This document shows positions 27,036-37,364 of a stretch of DNA of 64,000 nucleotides, piece by piece. This stretch comes from Microcoleus sp. (GTDB taxonomy: Bacteria; Cyanobacteriota; Cyanobacteriia; Cyanobacteriales; Microcoleaceae), in assembly GCA_042408215.1 (NCBI GenBank), contig JAYFMW010000020.1, positions 544,001 to 608,000 of the forward strand. The letters run 5' to 3'. The notes under the pieces are model-generated. The model was given only the letters and a program-made list of their open reading frames with translations, ran no database searches and was not told the origin of the DNA. The first letter of the stretch is position 1. Every line of letters starts with the position of its first letter. Made by a program: the position numbers and the translations under genes.

Positions 27036-28477
27036 CCAAGAAACCGGGTTTCTGCGAAAATTTACGCATCCTCACCAGATTTTAGGAAGAAACCCGGTTT
27101 CTGAGTCCCACGCGCCTAGTCCAAGAAACCGGGTTTCTGCGAAAATTTACGCATCCTCACCAGATTTTAGGAAGAAACCCGGTTTCTGAGTCCCCCACGC
27201 GCCTAGTCCAAGAAACCGGGTTTCTGCGAAAATTTACGCATCCTCACCAGATTTTAGGAAGAAACCCGGTTTCTGAGTCCCACGCGCCTAGTCCAAGAAA
27301 CCGGGTTTCTGCGAAAATTTACGCATCCTCACCAGATTTTAGGAAGAAACCCGGTTTCTGAGTCCCCCACGCGCCTAGTCCAAGAAACCGGGTTTCTGCG
27401 AGAATTTACGCATCCTCACCAGATTTTAGGAAGAAACCCGGTTTCTGAGTCCCACGCGCCTAGTCCAAGAAACCGGGTTTCTGCGAAAATTTACGCATCC
27501 TCACCAGATTTTAGGAAGAAACCCGGTTTCTGAGTCCCCACGCGCCTAGTCCAAGAAACCGGGTTTCTGCGAGAATTTACGCATCCTCACCAGATTTTAG
27601 GAAGAAACCCGGTTTCTGAGTCCCACGCGCCTAGTCCAAGAAACCGGGTTTCTGCGAAAATTTACGCATCCTCACCAGATTTTAGGAAGAAACCCGGTTT
27701 CTGAGTCCCACGCGCCTAGTCCAAGAAACCGGGTTTCTGCGAAAATTTACGCATCCTCACCAGATTTTAGGAAGAAACCCGGTTTCTGAGTCCCACGCGC
27801 CTAGTCCAAGAAACCGGGTTTCTGCGAAAATTTACGCATCCTCACCAGATTTTAGGAAGAAACCCGGTTTCTGAGTCCCACGCGCCTAGTCCAAGAAACC
27901 GGGTTTCTGCGAGAATTTACGCATCCTCACCAGATTTTCGTGAGAAACCCGGTTTCTGAGTCCCACGCGCCTAGTCCAAGAAACCGGGTTTCTGCGAAAA
28001 TTTACGCATCCTCACCAGATTTTAGGAAGAAACCCGGTTTCTGAGTCCCACGCGCCTAGTCCAAGAAACCGGGTTTCTGCGAAAATTTACGCATCCTCAC
28101 CAGATTTTAGGAAGAAACCCGGTTTCTGAGTCCCACGCGCCTAGTCCAAGAAACCGGGTTTCTGCGAAAATTTACGCATCCTCACCAGATTTTAGGAAGA
28201 AACCCGGTTTCTGAGTCCCACGCGCCTAGTCCAAGAAACCGGGTTTCTGCGAAAATTTACGCATCCTCACCAGATTTTAGGAAGAAACCCGGTTTCTGAG
28301 TCCCCCACGCGCCTAGTCCAAGAAACCGGGTTTCTGCGAAAATTTACGCATCCTCACCAGATTTTAGGAAGAAACCCGGTTTCTGAGTCCCCCACGCGCC
28401 TAGTCCAAGAAACCGGGTTTCTGCGAAAATTTACGCATCCTCACCAGATTTTCGTGAGAAACCCGGTTTCTGAGTCC
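27036..28477. repeat. 17-copy tandem array of an 85-87-bp unit containing an inverted pair AGAAACCGGGTTTCT / AGAAACCCGGTTTCT
   Basis: Units start at 27036, 27121, 27208 ... 28405 and are nearly identical; the C-run length varies. Confidence 0.95.
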
Positions 28478-28498
28478 TGCGCCGTCTCTCAAATCCGA

Positions 28499-30415
28499 TT
28501 ATTTTCCCAGACTAACCGGCTGCTGGCGGTTTCGCACTTCCAGAAAAATCAACAAAGCATTAACATCAGCCGGATTCACCCCACCAATCCTCGACGCTTG
28601 ACCAATAGTCAACGGCCTGATTTTTGTCAACTTTTCCCGCGACTCCTTCGACAGAGTTGTAATCGCCATATAATCCAAATCCCCAGGCAATTGTCGGCGT
28701 TCGTGTCTGACAATTTCATCAATTTGATTTTGCTGTTTTTGCAGATAGCCAGAATATTTGATATCAATTTCTGCACCATCTTTCTCAGCCAACTTCAGAC
28801 TATAATCGCCTAAATTGTACCGTTCCAAATCGACATAATGAAAACCAGGACGACGCAACAAATCAGCCAGAGTAATCGAACCTTTAATCGCTTGTTGAGT
28901 CTCAGCAAAAATCTGCTGACCAAGCTCCTCGTGCTCCTTCACCCGCGTCGAATACAAGCGTTTCTTCTCTGCTACAATATTAGCTTGTTTCCGCTCAAAC
29001 AACTCCCAACGCCGATCGCCAATCAAGCCAATTTCCCGTCCGAGCGGAGTCAAGCGTTGGTCAGCATTGTCCGATCGCAATAATAACCGATATTCCGATC
29101 GCGAAGTCAACATCCGATAAGGTTCCCGCAAATCCTTCGTACACAAATCATCAATCAAAGTCCCGATATAACTTTGCTCGCGAGGAAACACAATCATTGC
29201 CTGATTTTTCGCAAACCTAGCCGCATTAATCCCCGCCACAATCCCCTGTGCAGCCGCCTCCTCATAGCCAGTCGTACCGTTCACCTGGCCCGCGCAAAAT
29301 AGACCTTCAATCTTCTTAGTCATCAGCGTGGGAAAACACTGAGTCGCAGGCAAATAATCATACTCCACAGCATAAGCCGGACGCATCATCTCGCACTTTT
29401 CCAAACCAGGAAGAGTCCGCAGCATTTGCAATTGCAAAGTTTCCGGTAAACCAGTCGAAAAACCTTGGATATAAAGTTCAGGAATATCCCTACCTTCCGG
29501 CTCAATAAAAATCTGGTGACTTTCCTTATCCGCAAACCGGACAATCTTATCTTCAATACTCGGACAATAGCGCGGCCCCTTCGCATCAACCCAGCCGCCG
29601 TAGACAGGAGAAAGGTGCAAATTGTCCCTAATTAACTGATGAGTTTCTGGCGTAGTTCGAGTCAAATAACAAGGCATTTGTTCCCGTTCGATCCAAACTT
29701 CTGGATCGAAACTAAACCAGCGGACATCTGCATCTCCAGGCTGCGGTTCCAGGTTAGTATAATCGAGAGTCCGTTTGTCAACTCTTGCCGGAGTTCCGGT
29801 TTTTAACCTGCCAGTTTCAAAGCCCAAACGGTTGAGAGTTTCCGTCAAACCAACGGCGGCAAATTCTCCAGCGCGTCCGGCAGGCATCGACTTATTGCCC
29901 ACCCAAATTGTGCCGCCTAAAAAAGTGCCAGTGGTGAGAATTACAGCTTTGCATTCAAAGGCGACACCGAAGTATGTTTCAACTCCGATTACTTCTTCGT
30001 TTTTGCCCAAAACTAAGTCTGTAACCATCGCTTCGCGGATGGTCAAATTCTCTTGATTTTCGACAATATTATTCATCACAGCGGCGTATTCTCGCTTGTC
30101 TGTTTGTGCTCTCAGCGCCCACACAGCGGGGCCTCTGGAAGAGTTGAGGATGCGTTTTTGTAGGTAAGTGCGATCGGCCATTTTGCCAATTTCCCCGCCT
30201 AACGCATCCACTTCGTTAGTCAGTTGAGACTTCGCCGGGCCGCCGACAGCGGGATTGCAAGGTTGCCAGGCAATTTTATCGAGGTTGAGGGTGAGGAGAA
30301 GAGTGCGACAACCGAGGCGAGAAGTGGCGAGGGCGGCTTCGCAGCCGGAGTGGCCGGCACCAACTACGATGATGTCGAAACTGTCTTGGAATTGTACTGG
30401 GGTTTGTGCGGTCAT
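28499..30415 (-). CDS. mnmG: tRNA uridine-5-carboxymethylaminomethyl modification enzyme MnmG (GidA)
   Basis: [42 protein letters not shown]. Confidence 0.99.
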   Translation of the reverse strand: MTAQTPVQFQDSFDIIVVGAGHSGCEAALATSRLGCRTLLLTLNLDKIAWQPCNPAVGGPAKSQLTNEVDALGGEIGKMADRTYLQKRILNSSRGPAVWALRAQTDKREYAAVMNNIVENQENLTIREAMVTDLVLGKNEEVIGVETYFGVAFECKAVILTTGTFLGGTIWVGNKSMPAGRAGEFAAVGLTETLNRLGFETGRLKTGTPARVDKRTLDYTNLEPQPGDADVRWFSFDPEVWIEREQMPCYLTRTTPETHQLIRDNLHLSPVYGGWVDAKGPRYCPSIEDKIVRFADKESHQIFIEPEGRDIPELYIQGFSTGLPETLQLQMLRTLPGLEKCEMMRPAYAVEYDYLPATQCFPTLMTKKIEGLFCAGQVNGTTGYEEAAAQGIVAGINAARFAKNQAMIVFPREQSYIGTLIDDLCTKDLREPYRMLTSRSEYRLLLRSDNADQRLTPLGREIGLIGDRRWELFERKQANIVAEKKRLYSTRVKEHEELGQQIFAETQQAIKGSITLADLLRRPGFHYVDLERYNLGDYSLKLAEKDGAEIDIKYSGYLQKQQNQIDEIVRHERRQLPGDLDYMAITTLSKESREKLTKIRPLTIGQASRIGGVNPADVNALLIFLEVRNRQQPVSLGK

Positions 30416-30607
30416 GGCTGAGTCGAGCGATTTTAGATTTTAGATTTTAGATTTTAGATTGAAGGATTAACCCCGTCCTGAGTCTGCGCGTTGGAATTAA
30501 TCTGGGAGCTTGTTTATTGGATACCATTATATACTATAATTCAAAATCTGTCGTCAAATACAGAGATAAGCAGCAGTTACACCAGCCATTTAAAGGAAAT
30601 AGCGAAA

Positions 30608-32104
30608 ATGGTAAATCAACTATTTTACGGTGACAATCTCGAAGTCTTACGCAGACACATCAAAGATGAATCAATCGATTTGTGCTACATTGACCCGCCT
30701 TTTAACTCAAAACGCAACTACAACCAAATTTACAACAACATTGGCAAGGAAGACCAAGCCCAAGCACAAGCTTTTATTGACACTTGGACTTGGGACGATT
30801 ACGCAAATCAGGGTTTAGCTGAAATCTTGGAAAATTACCAAGGTAAATTTACATCACAAAGTATTGATTTAATCGCTGGCTTAACAAAGGTCTTAAGCAA
30901 AGGCAGTTTATTAGCATATTTGGTTCACATGACTTTGCGAGTAGTCGAGATTCATCGAGTCTTAAAACCTACGGGTAGCTTTTATCTACATTGCGATCCT
31001 ACAGCAAGCCATTATTTAAAATTAATTTTAGATGCAATTTTTTGCTCTTTGGGAGGTCAATTCAGAAATGAAATTATCTGGCAATACAAACGCTGGCCTG
31101 CCAAACAGAATAATTTTCAACGAATGCACGATGTCATATTTTTCTATTCTAAAGATTCGTCAACTAATACATTTAATACATTCTATGAAGACTTATCAGT
31201 AGGTACTCAAAAAAGATGGAAGGGTAAAAAGAGCAAAGTAGAATTTGAGGGCAAAACTAGATTAGTCACTCAGATGACAGAAGAAGATTCAATCGGTACA
31301 CCCGCTGATGATGTTTGGAATATACCAGTTATAAATTCCCAAGCTAGAGAACGTCTTGGCTATCCTACACAGAAACCGGAAGCTTTATTAGAACGAATCA
31401 TCAAAGTCAGTAGCAATGAAGGCGATGTAGTTTTAGATGCTTACTGCGGTTGTGGTACTACCGTCGCTGTATCTCAACGCCTCAACCGCCAATGGATCGG
31501 AATTGACATTACTTATCAAAGTATTAGTTTAATTCTCAAACGCCTTGAGGATTCTTTTGGTAAAGATGTACTTGAGCAAATTCAGTTAAACGGCATTCCT
31601 AAAGACATGGAAGCTGCAATAGCCTTGGCTAACAAAAAAGACGATCGCACTCGTAAAGAATTTGAAAAATGGGTCGTGCTTACCTATACTAATAATAGGG
31701 CAACTATTAACGCCAAGAAAGGTGCAGATCGGGGAATAGATGGCATTGCTTATTTTCAGGGTGAGAAAGATGAACCTGAAAAGATTATCCTGCAAGTCAA
31801 GTCAGGGAATGTGAAATCAGGAGACATCCGCGATTTGCAAGGAACAATTACCCTCGAACAAGCGGCGCTTGGCATTTTCATTACCTTAAAAGATCCAACT
31901 AAGGAAATGATTAAAACTGCTAAGTCAGCGGGAATATATCAAAGCAGATATATGAGCCAAAGTTCCGACAAAATACAAATTGTTACTGTTAGGCAAATTT
32001 TAGAAGAGAAAAAAAGGCTAGATGTTCGCCTGAGTTTTGAAGTGGTGAAGTCAGCCGAAAAACAAATGGAAGTTAAAGCGAAGCAGTTAGAACTAGATAT
32101 TTAG
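30608..32104 (+). CDS. N6-adenine/N4-cytosine DNA methyltransferase fused to a C-terminal Mrr-like domain
   Basis: YIDPPFNS, GYPTQKP, DAYCGCGTT; C-terminal GADRGIDG...ILQVKSG. Confidence 0.88.
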   Translation: MVNQLFYGDNLEVLRRHIKDESIDLCYIDPPFNSKRNYNQIYNNIGKEDQAQAQAFIDTWTWDDYANQGLAEILENYQGKFTSQSIDLIAGLTKVLSKGSLLAYLVHMTLRVVEIHRVLKPTGSFYLHCDPTASHYLKLILDAIFCSLGGQFRNEIIWQYKRWPAKQNNFQRMHDVIFFYSKDSSTNTFNTFYEDLSVGTQKRWKGKKSKVEFEGKTRLVTQMTEEDSIGTPADDVWNIPVINSQARERLGYPTQKPEALLERIIKVSSNEGDVVLDAYCGCGTTVAVSQRLNRQWIGIDITYQSISLILKRLEDSFGKDVLEQIQLNGIPKDMEAAIALANKKDDRTRKEFEKWVVLTYTNNRATINAKKGADRGIDGIAYFQGEKDEPEKIILQVKSGNVKSGDIRDLQGTITLEQAALGIFITLKDPTKEMIKTAKSAGIYQSRYMSQSSDKIQIVTVRQILEEKKRLDVRLSFEVVKSAEKQMEVKAKQLELDI

Positions 32105-32263
32105 AAAAGAGTGAGTGTTCGGTTGTTTTAAGTCGATCTACTTAGAAGATTACCCACTTCTTCTCTACTCTTCCTTCGTGTCATAAGCGTCTTCGCGGTT
32201 CAATAAGTCGGTACTGTTGCAATTTTGCGCTATCTTAGACAACAAAATCTCAAGCGTACACAA

Positions 32264-32593
32264 GTGAAATACTTTTTCTTATCCGAAGGCTGGACGATCG
32301 GGCGCGTCTGGGGAGTCGGCGGCGAGTGGACTTACGCCGCCTGGAGACGCGTGCCCGACATTACACAACTTGACCTCTGCCTCTGGGATCAAAAAGAAAC
32401 AATGTGGCTCTACCGCGTAGAAGAGGCTGTACTCATGGTAGAAGTCAAACCCACAGCCCCCGTAGACCATACCGCTCCTGCCAAAAACATTGGCAACGTG
32501 GTACTCACGAGGTTTATTGATGCGGAGCAAGTTATAGAGCGCCTTGGGGCGATCGCAGCCCGGTGTGAAATCGGCAACCCCCAACTAATGTAA
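32264..32593 (+). CDS. Hypothetical protein
   Basis: Clean ORF with GTG start; KYFFLSEGW..GRVW motif. Confidence 0.65.
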   Translation: MKYFFLSEGWTIGRVWGVGGEWTYAAWRRVPDITQLDLCLWDQKETMWLYRVEEAVLMVEVKPTAPVDHTAPAKNIGNVVLTRFIDAEQVIERLGAIAARCEIGNPQLM

Positions 32594-32790
32594 GGCCGAG
32601 ATATTGCAATCGGTTCTAACACTAGATACACTTCTTTAAATAACTTTCATTTTTATGCCTCGACCCTCGAAGGCAGAAAGCAGAAGACAAAAAGCAGAAT
32701 TTAAACCCCGCAGGTAACTGCTGAGGACTTAAAATCTGATTTTTGGCTCAAAATAGACATCATCACTTACACGTTGGAGAAGCGCAGTCA

Positions 32791-34320
32791 ATGGGATTAC
32801 CCTGGTATCGCGTACACACAGTCGTCTTAAATGACCCAGGTCGATTGATTTCTGTACACTTAATGCACACTGCCCTCGTGGCAGGCTGGGCCGGCTCAAT
32901 GGCCCTTTACGAACTAGCAATTTTTGACCACGCAGACCCAGTTCTGAACCCGATGTGGCGTCAAGGGATGTTCGTACTACCCTTTATGACTCGCTTAGGA
33001 GTAACAGGTTCTTGGGGTGGTTGGAGCATTACGGGCGAAGGTAACGTCGATCCAGGCTACTGGTCTTTTGAAGGCGTTGCTGCTGCTCACATCGTCCTCT
33101 CTGGCTTGCTGTTCTTAGCAGCAGTCTGGCACTGGGTATTTTGGGACTTGGAACTTTTCAGAGACCCGCGCACCGGTGAACCAGCCCTGGATTTGCCAAA
33201 AATGTTTGGGATTCACTTGTTCCTCTCTGGCTTGCTGTGCTTCGGTTTCGGCGCATTTCACCTCTCTGGACTCTTCGGGCCGGGAATGTGGATTTCTGAC
33301 CCCTACGGCCTGACCGGTCACGTTCAGCCAGTGGCACCTGCTTGGGGCCCTGAAGGCTTCGATCCGTTCAATCCGGGTGGCATCGTGGCTCACCACATTG
33401 CAGCGGGTGTAGTCGGCGTGATTGCTGGTTTGTTCCACTTGACCGTGCGCCCACCGGAACGGCTTTATAAAGCCCTGCGGATGGGGAATATCGAAACTGT
33501 ACTTTCTAGCAGTATCGCTGCTGTGTTCTTCGCAGCTTTTGTGGTGGCGGGTACGATGTGGTACGGTTCTGCTGCTACTCCGATCGAACTTTTTGGCCCG
33601 ACTCGCTATCAGTGGGACGGCGGCTATTTCCAACAAGAAATCGATCGCCGAGCTCAAGCTAGTTTAGCCGGTGGCGCTAGCTTCCAACAAGCTTACGAGC
33701 AAATTCCTGAAAAATTGGCTTTCTACGACTACGTGGGCAACTCTCCAGCTAAAGGTGGTTTGTTCCGCGCCGGCGCAATGGTCAACGGCGACGGTATTGC
33801 TAAAACTTGGCTGGGCCATCCAGTATTTACAGACAGCGAAGGTCGCGTATTGTCGGTACGCCGTCTCCCGAACTTCTTTGAAACTTTCCCAGTCATTTTG
33901 ACCGACAAAGATGGCGTCGTTCGCGCTGACATTCCTTTCCGTCGTGCTGAATCAAAGTACAGCTTTGAACAAAGTGGAGTTACTGTCACTTTCTACGGTG
34001 GCGAATATAACGGTCAAACCTTTAGCAGTCCTTTGGATGTGAAGAGATTTGCCCGCTCCGCCCAAAAGGGTGAAGTGTTTGAATTCGATCGCGAAACTTT
34101 GAAGTCTGACGGGGTTTTCCGTACTTCGACTCGCGGTTGGTTCACTTTTGGACACGCTTGCTTTGCTTTGCTGTTCTTCTTCGGCCATATCTGGCACGGT
34201 TCTCGGACTATCTTCCGCGACGTGTTTGCTGGAGTTGAGGCCGACATGGAAGAACAAGTGGAGTTCGGCTTGTTCCAAAAGTTGGGCGACATGACAACCA
34301 GAAAAGAGGAATCTATCTAG
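32791..34320 (+). CDS. psbB: Photosystem II CP47
   Basis: [26 protein letters not shown]. Confidence 0.99.
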   Translation: MGLPWYRVHTVVLNDPGRLISVHLMHTALVAGWAGSMALYELAIFDHADPVLNPMWRQGMFVLPFMTRLGVTGSWGGWSITGEGNVDPGYWSFEGVAAAHIVLSGLLFLAAVWHWVFWDLELFRDPRTGEPALDLPKMFGIHLFLSGLLCFGFGAFHLSGLFGPGMWISDPYGLTGHVQPVAPAWGPEGFDPFNPGGIVAHHIAAGVVGVIAGLFHLTVRPPERLYKALRMGNIETVLSSSIAAVFFAAFVVAGTMWYGSAATPIELFGPTRYQWDGGYFQQEIDRRAQASLAGGASFQQAYEQIPEKLAFYDYVGNSPAKGGLFRAGAMVNGDGIAKTWLGHPVFTDSEGRVLSVRRLPNFFETFPVILTDKDGVVRADIPFRRAESKYSFEQSGVTVTFYGGEYNGQTFSSPLDVKRFARSAQKGEVFEFDRETLKSDGVFRTSTRGWFTFGHACFALLFFFGHIWHGSRTIFRDVFAGVEADMEEQVEFGLFQKLGDMTTRKEESI

Positions 34321-34363
34321 GTTTCTGTCACCATCGGGCATCGGGAATTTTTCCCGGTGCTGC

Positions 34364-34397
34364 AAAAACCCGGTTTCTTGAAGAAACCGGGTTTTTT
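34364..34397 (+). terminator. Hairpin downstream of psbB
   Basis: aaaaacccggtttcttgaagaaaccgggtttttt; same core as the 27-28 kb array. Confidence 0.6.
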
Positions 34398-34617
34398 GAC
34401 TTATGGCAGAAGTCCGATGGAAGTCGGAAGAAGGAAGAAGGAAGAGGTAATAATAGCAAGGGTTTCAGCACAATAAAATTCACTCATTGTGGAACAGGCC
34501 GGAAAGCCTGTTATTGAAAATGGCTCAAGATATTCAGTTTTCAGAAATATCTGTGAACTTAGAAAGCAATAATTAAGATAAAATAATACGGCAAGGGAAG
34601 ATAAGGAAACTTTAAAC

Positions 34618-34713
34618 ATGGAAAGCGTTGCTTACATTTTGATGCTGGCTTTAGCATTAGGCGTGATATTTTTTGCGATCGCCTTCCGGGAACCTCCCCG
34701 GATTGGCAAATAA
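34618..34713 (+). CDS. psbT: Photosystem II PsbT
   Basis: Manual translation [31 protein letters not shown]. Confidence 0.96.
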   Translation: MESVAYILMLALALGVIFFAIAFREPPRIGK

Positions 34714-34805
34714 GCTCTCGCAATCTTTCTAGTCCAGCAATTCATCTGACCACTGGGGTCAGATGAATGGCAATTTTCTGGCAAGGCCTGTAAAAATCAG
34801 CAATC

Positions 34806-35348
34806 ATGCGCTGTTCCTCCTGTCAACACACAAATAGTCGCGTTCTCGAATCGCGCTCAGCCGAATCGGGTCAAAGTATTCGGCGGCGACGCGAGTGTCT
34901 GAATTGCCAGCATCGGTTCACAACTTACGAACGCATAGAATTTGTGCCGATTACGGTAATTAAACGGGACGGTAAGCGCGAATCTTTCGATCGGTCAAAA
35001 TTAGTCAGGGGACTGGTTAGAGCCTGCGAAAAAACGGGCTTGTCTTCCGGGCAACTTGAAACTCTCGCCGAAGAAATTGAAGCTCAACTCCAAGGTCGAT
35101 CGCTCCGGGAAGTCACCAGCTCGGACATTGGAGAATTAGTATTATTACATCTGCGGCCGCTCAGCGAAGTCGCTTATGTCCGTTTCGCCTCTGTATATCG
35201 GCAATTTCGAGGCATCCGAGATTTTGTAGATACCCTAAATCACCTTCAGAGTCCCCTCATCGAAGCTTTGTGTCCAGAAATTCCCCCCGAAAATGACCCA
35301 GATTTGTCGGAACCGGATGAGTTGACGGTTGACTGTCAGGTAACTTAG
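34806..35348 (+). CDS. nrdR: Transcriptional repressor NrdR
   Basis: MRCSSC...[27 protein letters not shown]. Confidence 0.97.
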   Translation: MRCSSCQHTNSRVLESRSAESGQSIRRRRECLNCQHRFTTYERIEFVPITVIKRDGKRESFDRSKLVRGLVRACEKTGLSSGQLETLAEEIEAQLQGRSLREVTSSDIGELVLLHLRPLSEVAYVRFASVYRQFRGIRDFVDTLNHLQSPLIEALCPEIPPENDPDLSEPDELTVDCQVT

Positions 35349-35367
35349 AAGACGGCAATGCTCAAGG

Positions 35368-35555
35368 AGTGTCAACTTAAGGTAAAACCCAGTCAGAGAA
35401 TACTGTTTGACGATTAAGGCCAGATCCCCCCTAGCCCCCCTTAAGAAGGGGGGGACAAGACTCTTCTCAAAATCCCCCTTCTTAAGGGGGATTTAGGGGG
35501 TTCTAGACTTGGCATAAAACCCATATTTCTCAAGGGTTTCAGCCTTAAGTTCACA
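35368..35555. mobile_element. MITE (GTGTCAAC family)
   Basis: AGTGTCAACTTAAGG...CCTTAAGTTCACA; interior matches 24260-24468. Confidence 0.75.
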
Positions 35556-35595
35556 GGCTTTGATCGCTGGCCTATCCTGATTCTCAGGCAACTCA

Positions 35596-35710
35596 GGACA
35601 CGGCAATGCCGTTTCCCTAACCCAACATTATCTGAGGACACGGCAATGCCGTTTCCCTACCCCAAAATAATCCATCGACCTGTAGGGACACGGCAATGCC
35701 GTTTCCCTAC
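35596..35710. repeat. Three REP palindromes GGACACGGCAATGCCGTTTCCCTA
   Basis: Same family as 732-967. Confidence 0.8.
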
Positions 35711-35973
35711 CTGGTCTAAATTAATTTGAAACCAGTATGCCGATCAGGTATAATATTCTATTGGACTCTGAATGTTAAAATTAAACGTTTTCACCCAGAG
35801 TTGGAATTAAGAGCAATGGCAAGCGCCGGTGTACGGTTGCACCGGGCAAAAGTTGGCAAAAACTGACTTTCGTAAAAGATTTTGCAAGAAGTTAACCCCT
35901 TTTTTCCCAAAATCTCTAGTATCTGCCTGCAAACGAAAAACATGAAGGAGAGAAATCCTAGGAAACTATTCGC

Positions 35974-37185
35974 ATGGTCAATCTCAAAACCACAGTCAAA
36001 GACATCGGCTTTACTCACGAAGATTTTGCGGCCCTACTAGATAAATATGACTATCACTTTAGCCCCGGCGATGTAGTAGCGGGTACAGTTTTTAGTATAG
36101 AACCGAGGGGCGCTCTGATTGATATCGGTGCTAAAACAGCAGCGTACATTCCCATTCAGGAAATGTCGATCAATCGAGTGGAAAGCCCTGAAGAGGTATT
36201 GCAATCAAACGAAACCAGGGAATTTTTCATCCTCACCGATGAAAATGAAGACGGGCAATTAACCCTGTCAATCCGGCGCATCGAGTATATGCGAGCCTGG
36301 GAAAGAGTGCGACAACTGCAAGCAGAAGATGCCACAGTGCGATCGCAAGTATTTGCTACCAACCGTGGCGGCGCACTGGTGAGAATAGAAGGTTTACGAG
36401 GCTTTATTCCCGGTTCTCACATCAGCACCCGCAAACCGAAGGAAGAATTAGTCGCCGAAGAATTACCCTTGAAATTCTTAGAGGTAGACGAAGACCGCAA
36501 CCGCCTAGTATTAAGTCATCGTCGCGCCTTAGTTGAGCGCAAGATGAACCGCCTCGAAGTCGGGGAAGTGGTCATCGGTACAGTACGCGGTATCAAGCCC
36601 TACGGTGCTTTTATCGACATCGGCGGCGTGAGCGGCTTGCTGCACATCTCGGAAATTTCGCACGATCACATCGATACGCCTCATAGCGTATTCAATGTCA
36701 ACGACGAAGTGAAAGTGATGATTATTGACTTGGATGCCGAGAGAGGTCGGATTTCTCTTTCCACCAAGCAGTTGGAACCGGAGCCTGGAGCGATGGTCAA
36801 AAATCGCGAATTGGTGTACGAAAAAGCTGAGGAAATGGCTGCTAAGTTCCGCGAAAAAATGCTAGCTCAAAAGCAAGCTAAAGCTGGGATTGAAATTCCT
36901 GTAGAATCGATCGATGCTGAGGAAATCTCCGATGAAATACTCGAAGACGTACCATCAGCAATGGAAGAAGATTTGCCGGAAGAAACAACCGCAGCAGTAA
37001 CAGAATCAACACCCGAAGCAGTAACGGAATCAACACCCGAAGCAGTAACGGAAGCAACACCGGAAGCAACACCGGAAGCAACACCGGAAGCAACACCGGA
37101 AGCAACACCGGAAGCAACACCGGAAGCAACACCGGAAGCAACATTAGAGGTAGTGGAAGAAATACCTCCGGCGACAGTCGAATAA
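35974..37185 (+). CDS. rpsA: 30S ribosomal protein S1 with an expanded acidic (ATPE)n tail
   Basis: DIGFTHEDFAALLDKYDYHF; S1 domains. Confidence 0.97.
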   Translation: MVNLKTTVKDIGFTHEDFAALLDKYDYHFSPGDVVAGTVFSIEPRGALIDIGAKTAAYIPIQEMSINRVESPEEVLQSNETREFFILTDENEDGQLTLSIRRIEYMRAWERVRQLQAEDATVRSQVFATNRGGALVRIEGLRGFIPGSHISTRKPKEELVAEELPLKFLEVDEDRNRLVLSHRRALVERKMNRLEVGEVVIGTVRGIKPYGAFIDIGGVSGLLHISEISHDHIDTPHSVFNVNDEVKVMIIDLDAERGRISLSTKQLEPEPGAMVKNRELVYEKAEEMAAKFREKMLAQKQAKAGIEIPVESIDAEEISDEILEDVPSAMEEDLPEETTAAVTESTPEAVTESTPEAVTEATPEATPEATPEATPEATPEATPEATPEATLEVVEEIPPATVE

Positions 37186-37269
37186 CATCGGAGTCACTGT
37201 TATTATGAAGAGGGTATTCCCCTCTTTTTTTAATTTATTTTTATATCTAGAAATAATAATCGTGAGCGG

Positions 37270-37318
37270 ATCGATATTCTGTCATTCTGAGCGTAGCTCA
37301 GAATGACAGAATATCGAT
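37270..37318. repeat. Perfect 23-bp-stem hairpin
   Basis: ATCGATATTCTGTCATTCTGAGC-GTA-GCTCAGAATGACAGAATATCGAT. Confidence 0.85.
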
Positions 37319-37364
37319 AGATATCCTTCCCCTTGACAAATACGGGATTTTCCCGGAGATTTCC

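Noticed and set aside
27036..28477. CRISPR array
   Set aside because: The sequences between palindromes are identical from unit to unit, so there are no unique spacers, and no cas genes are nearby.
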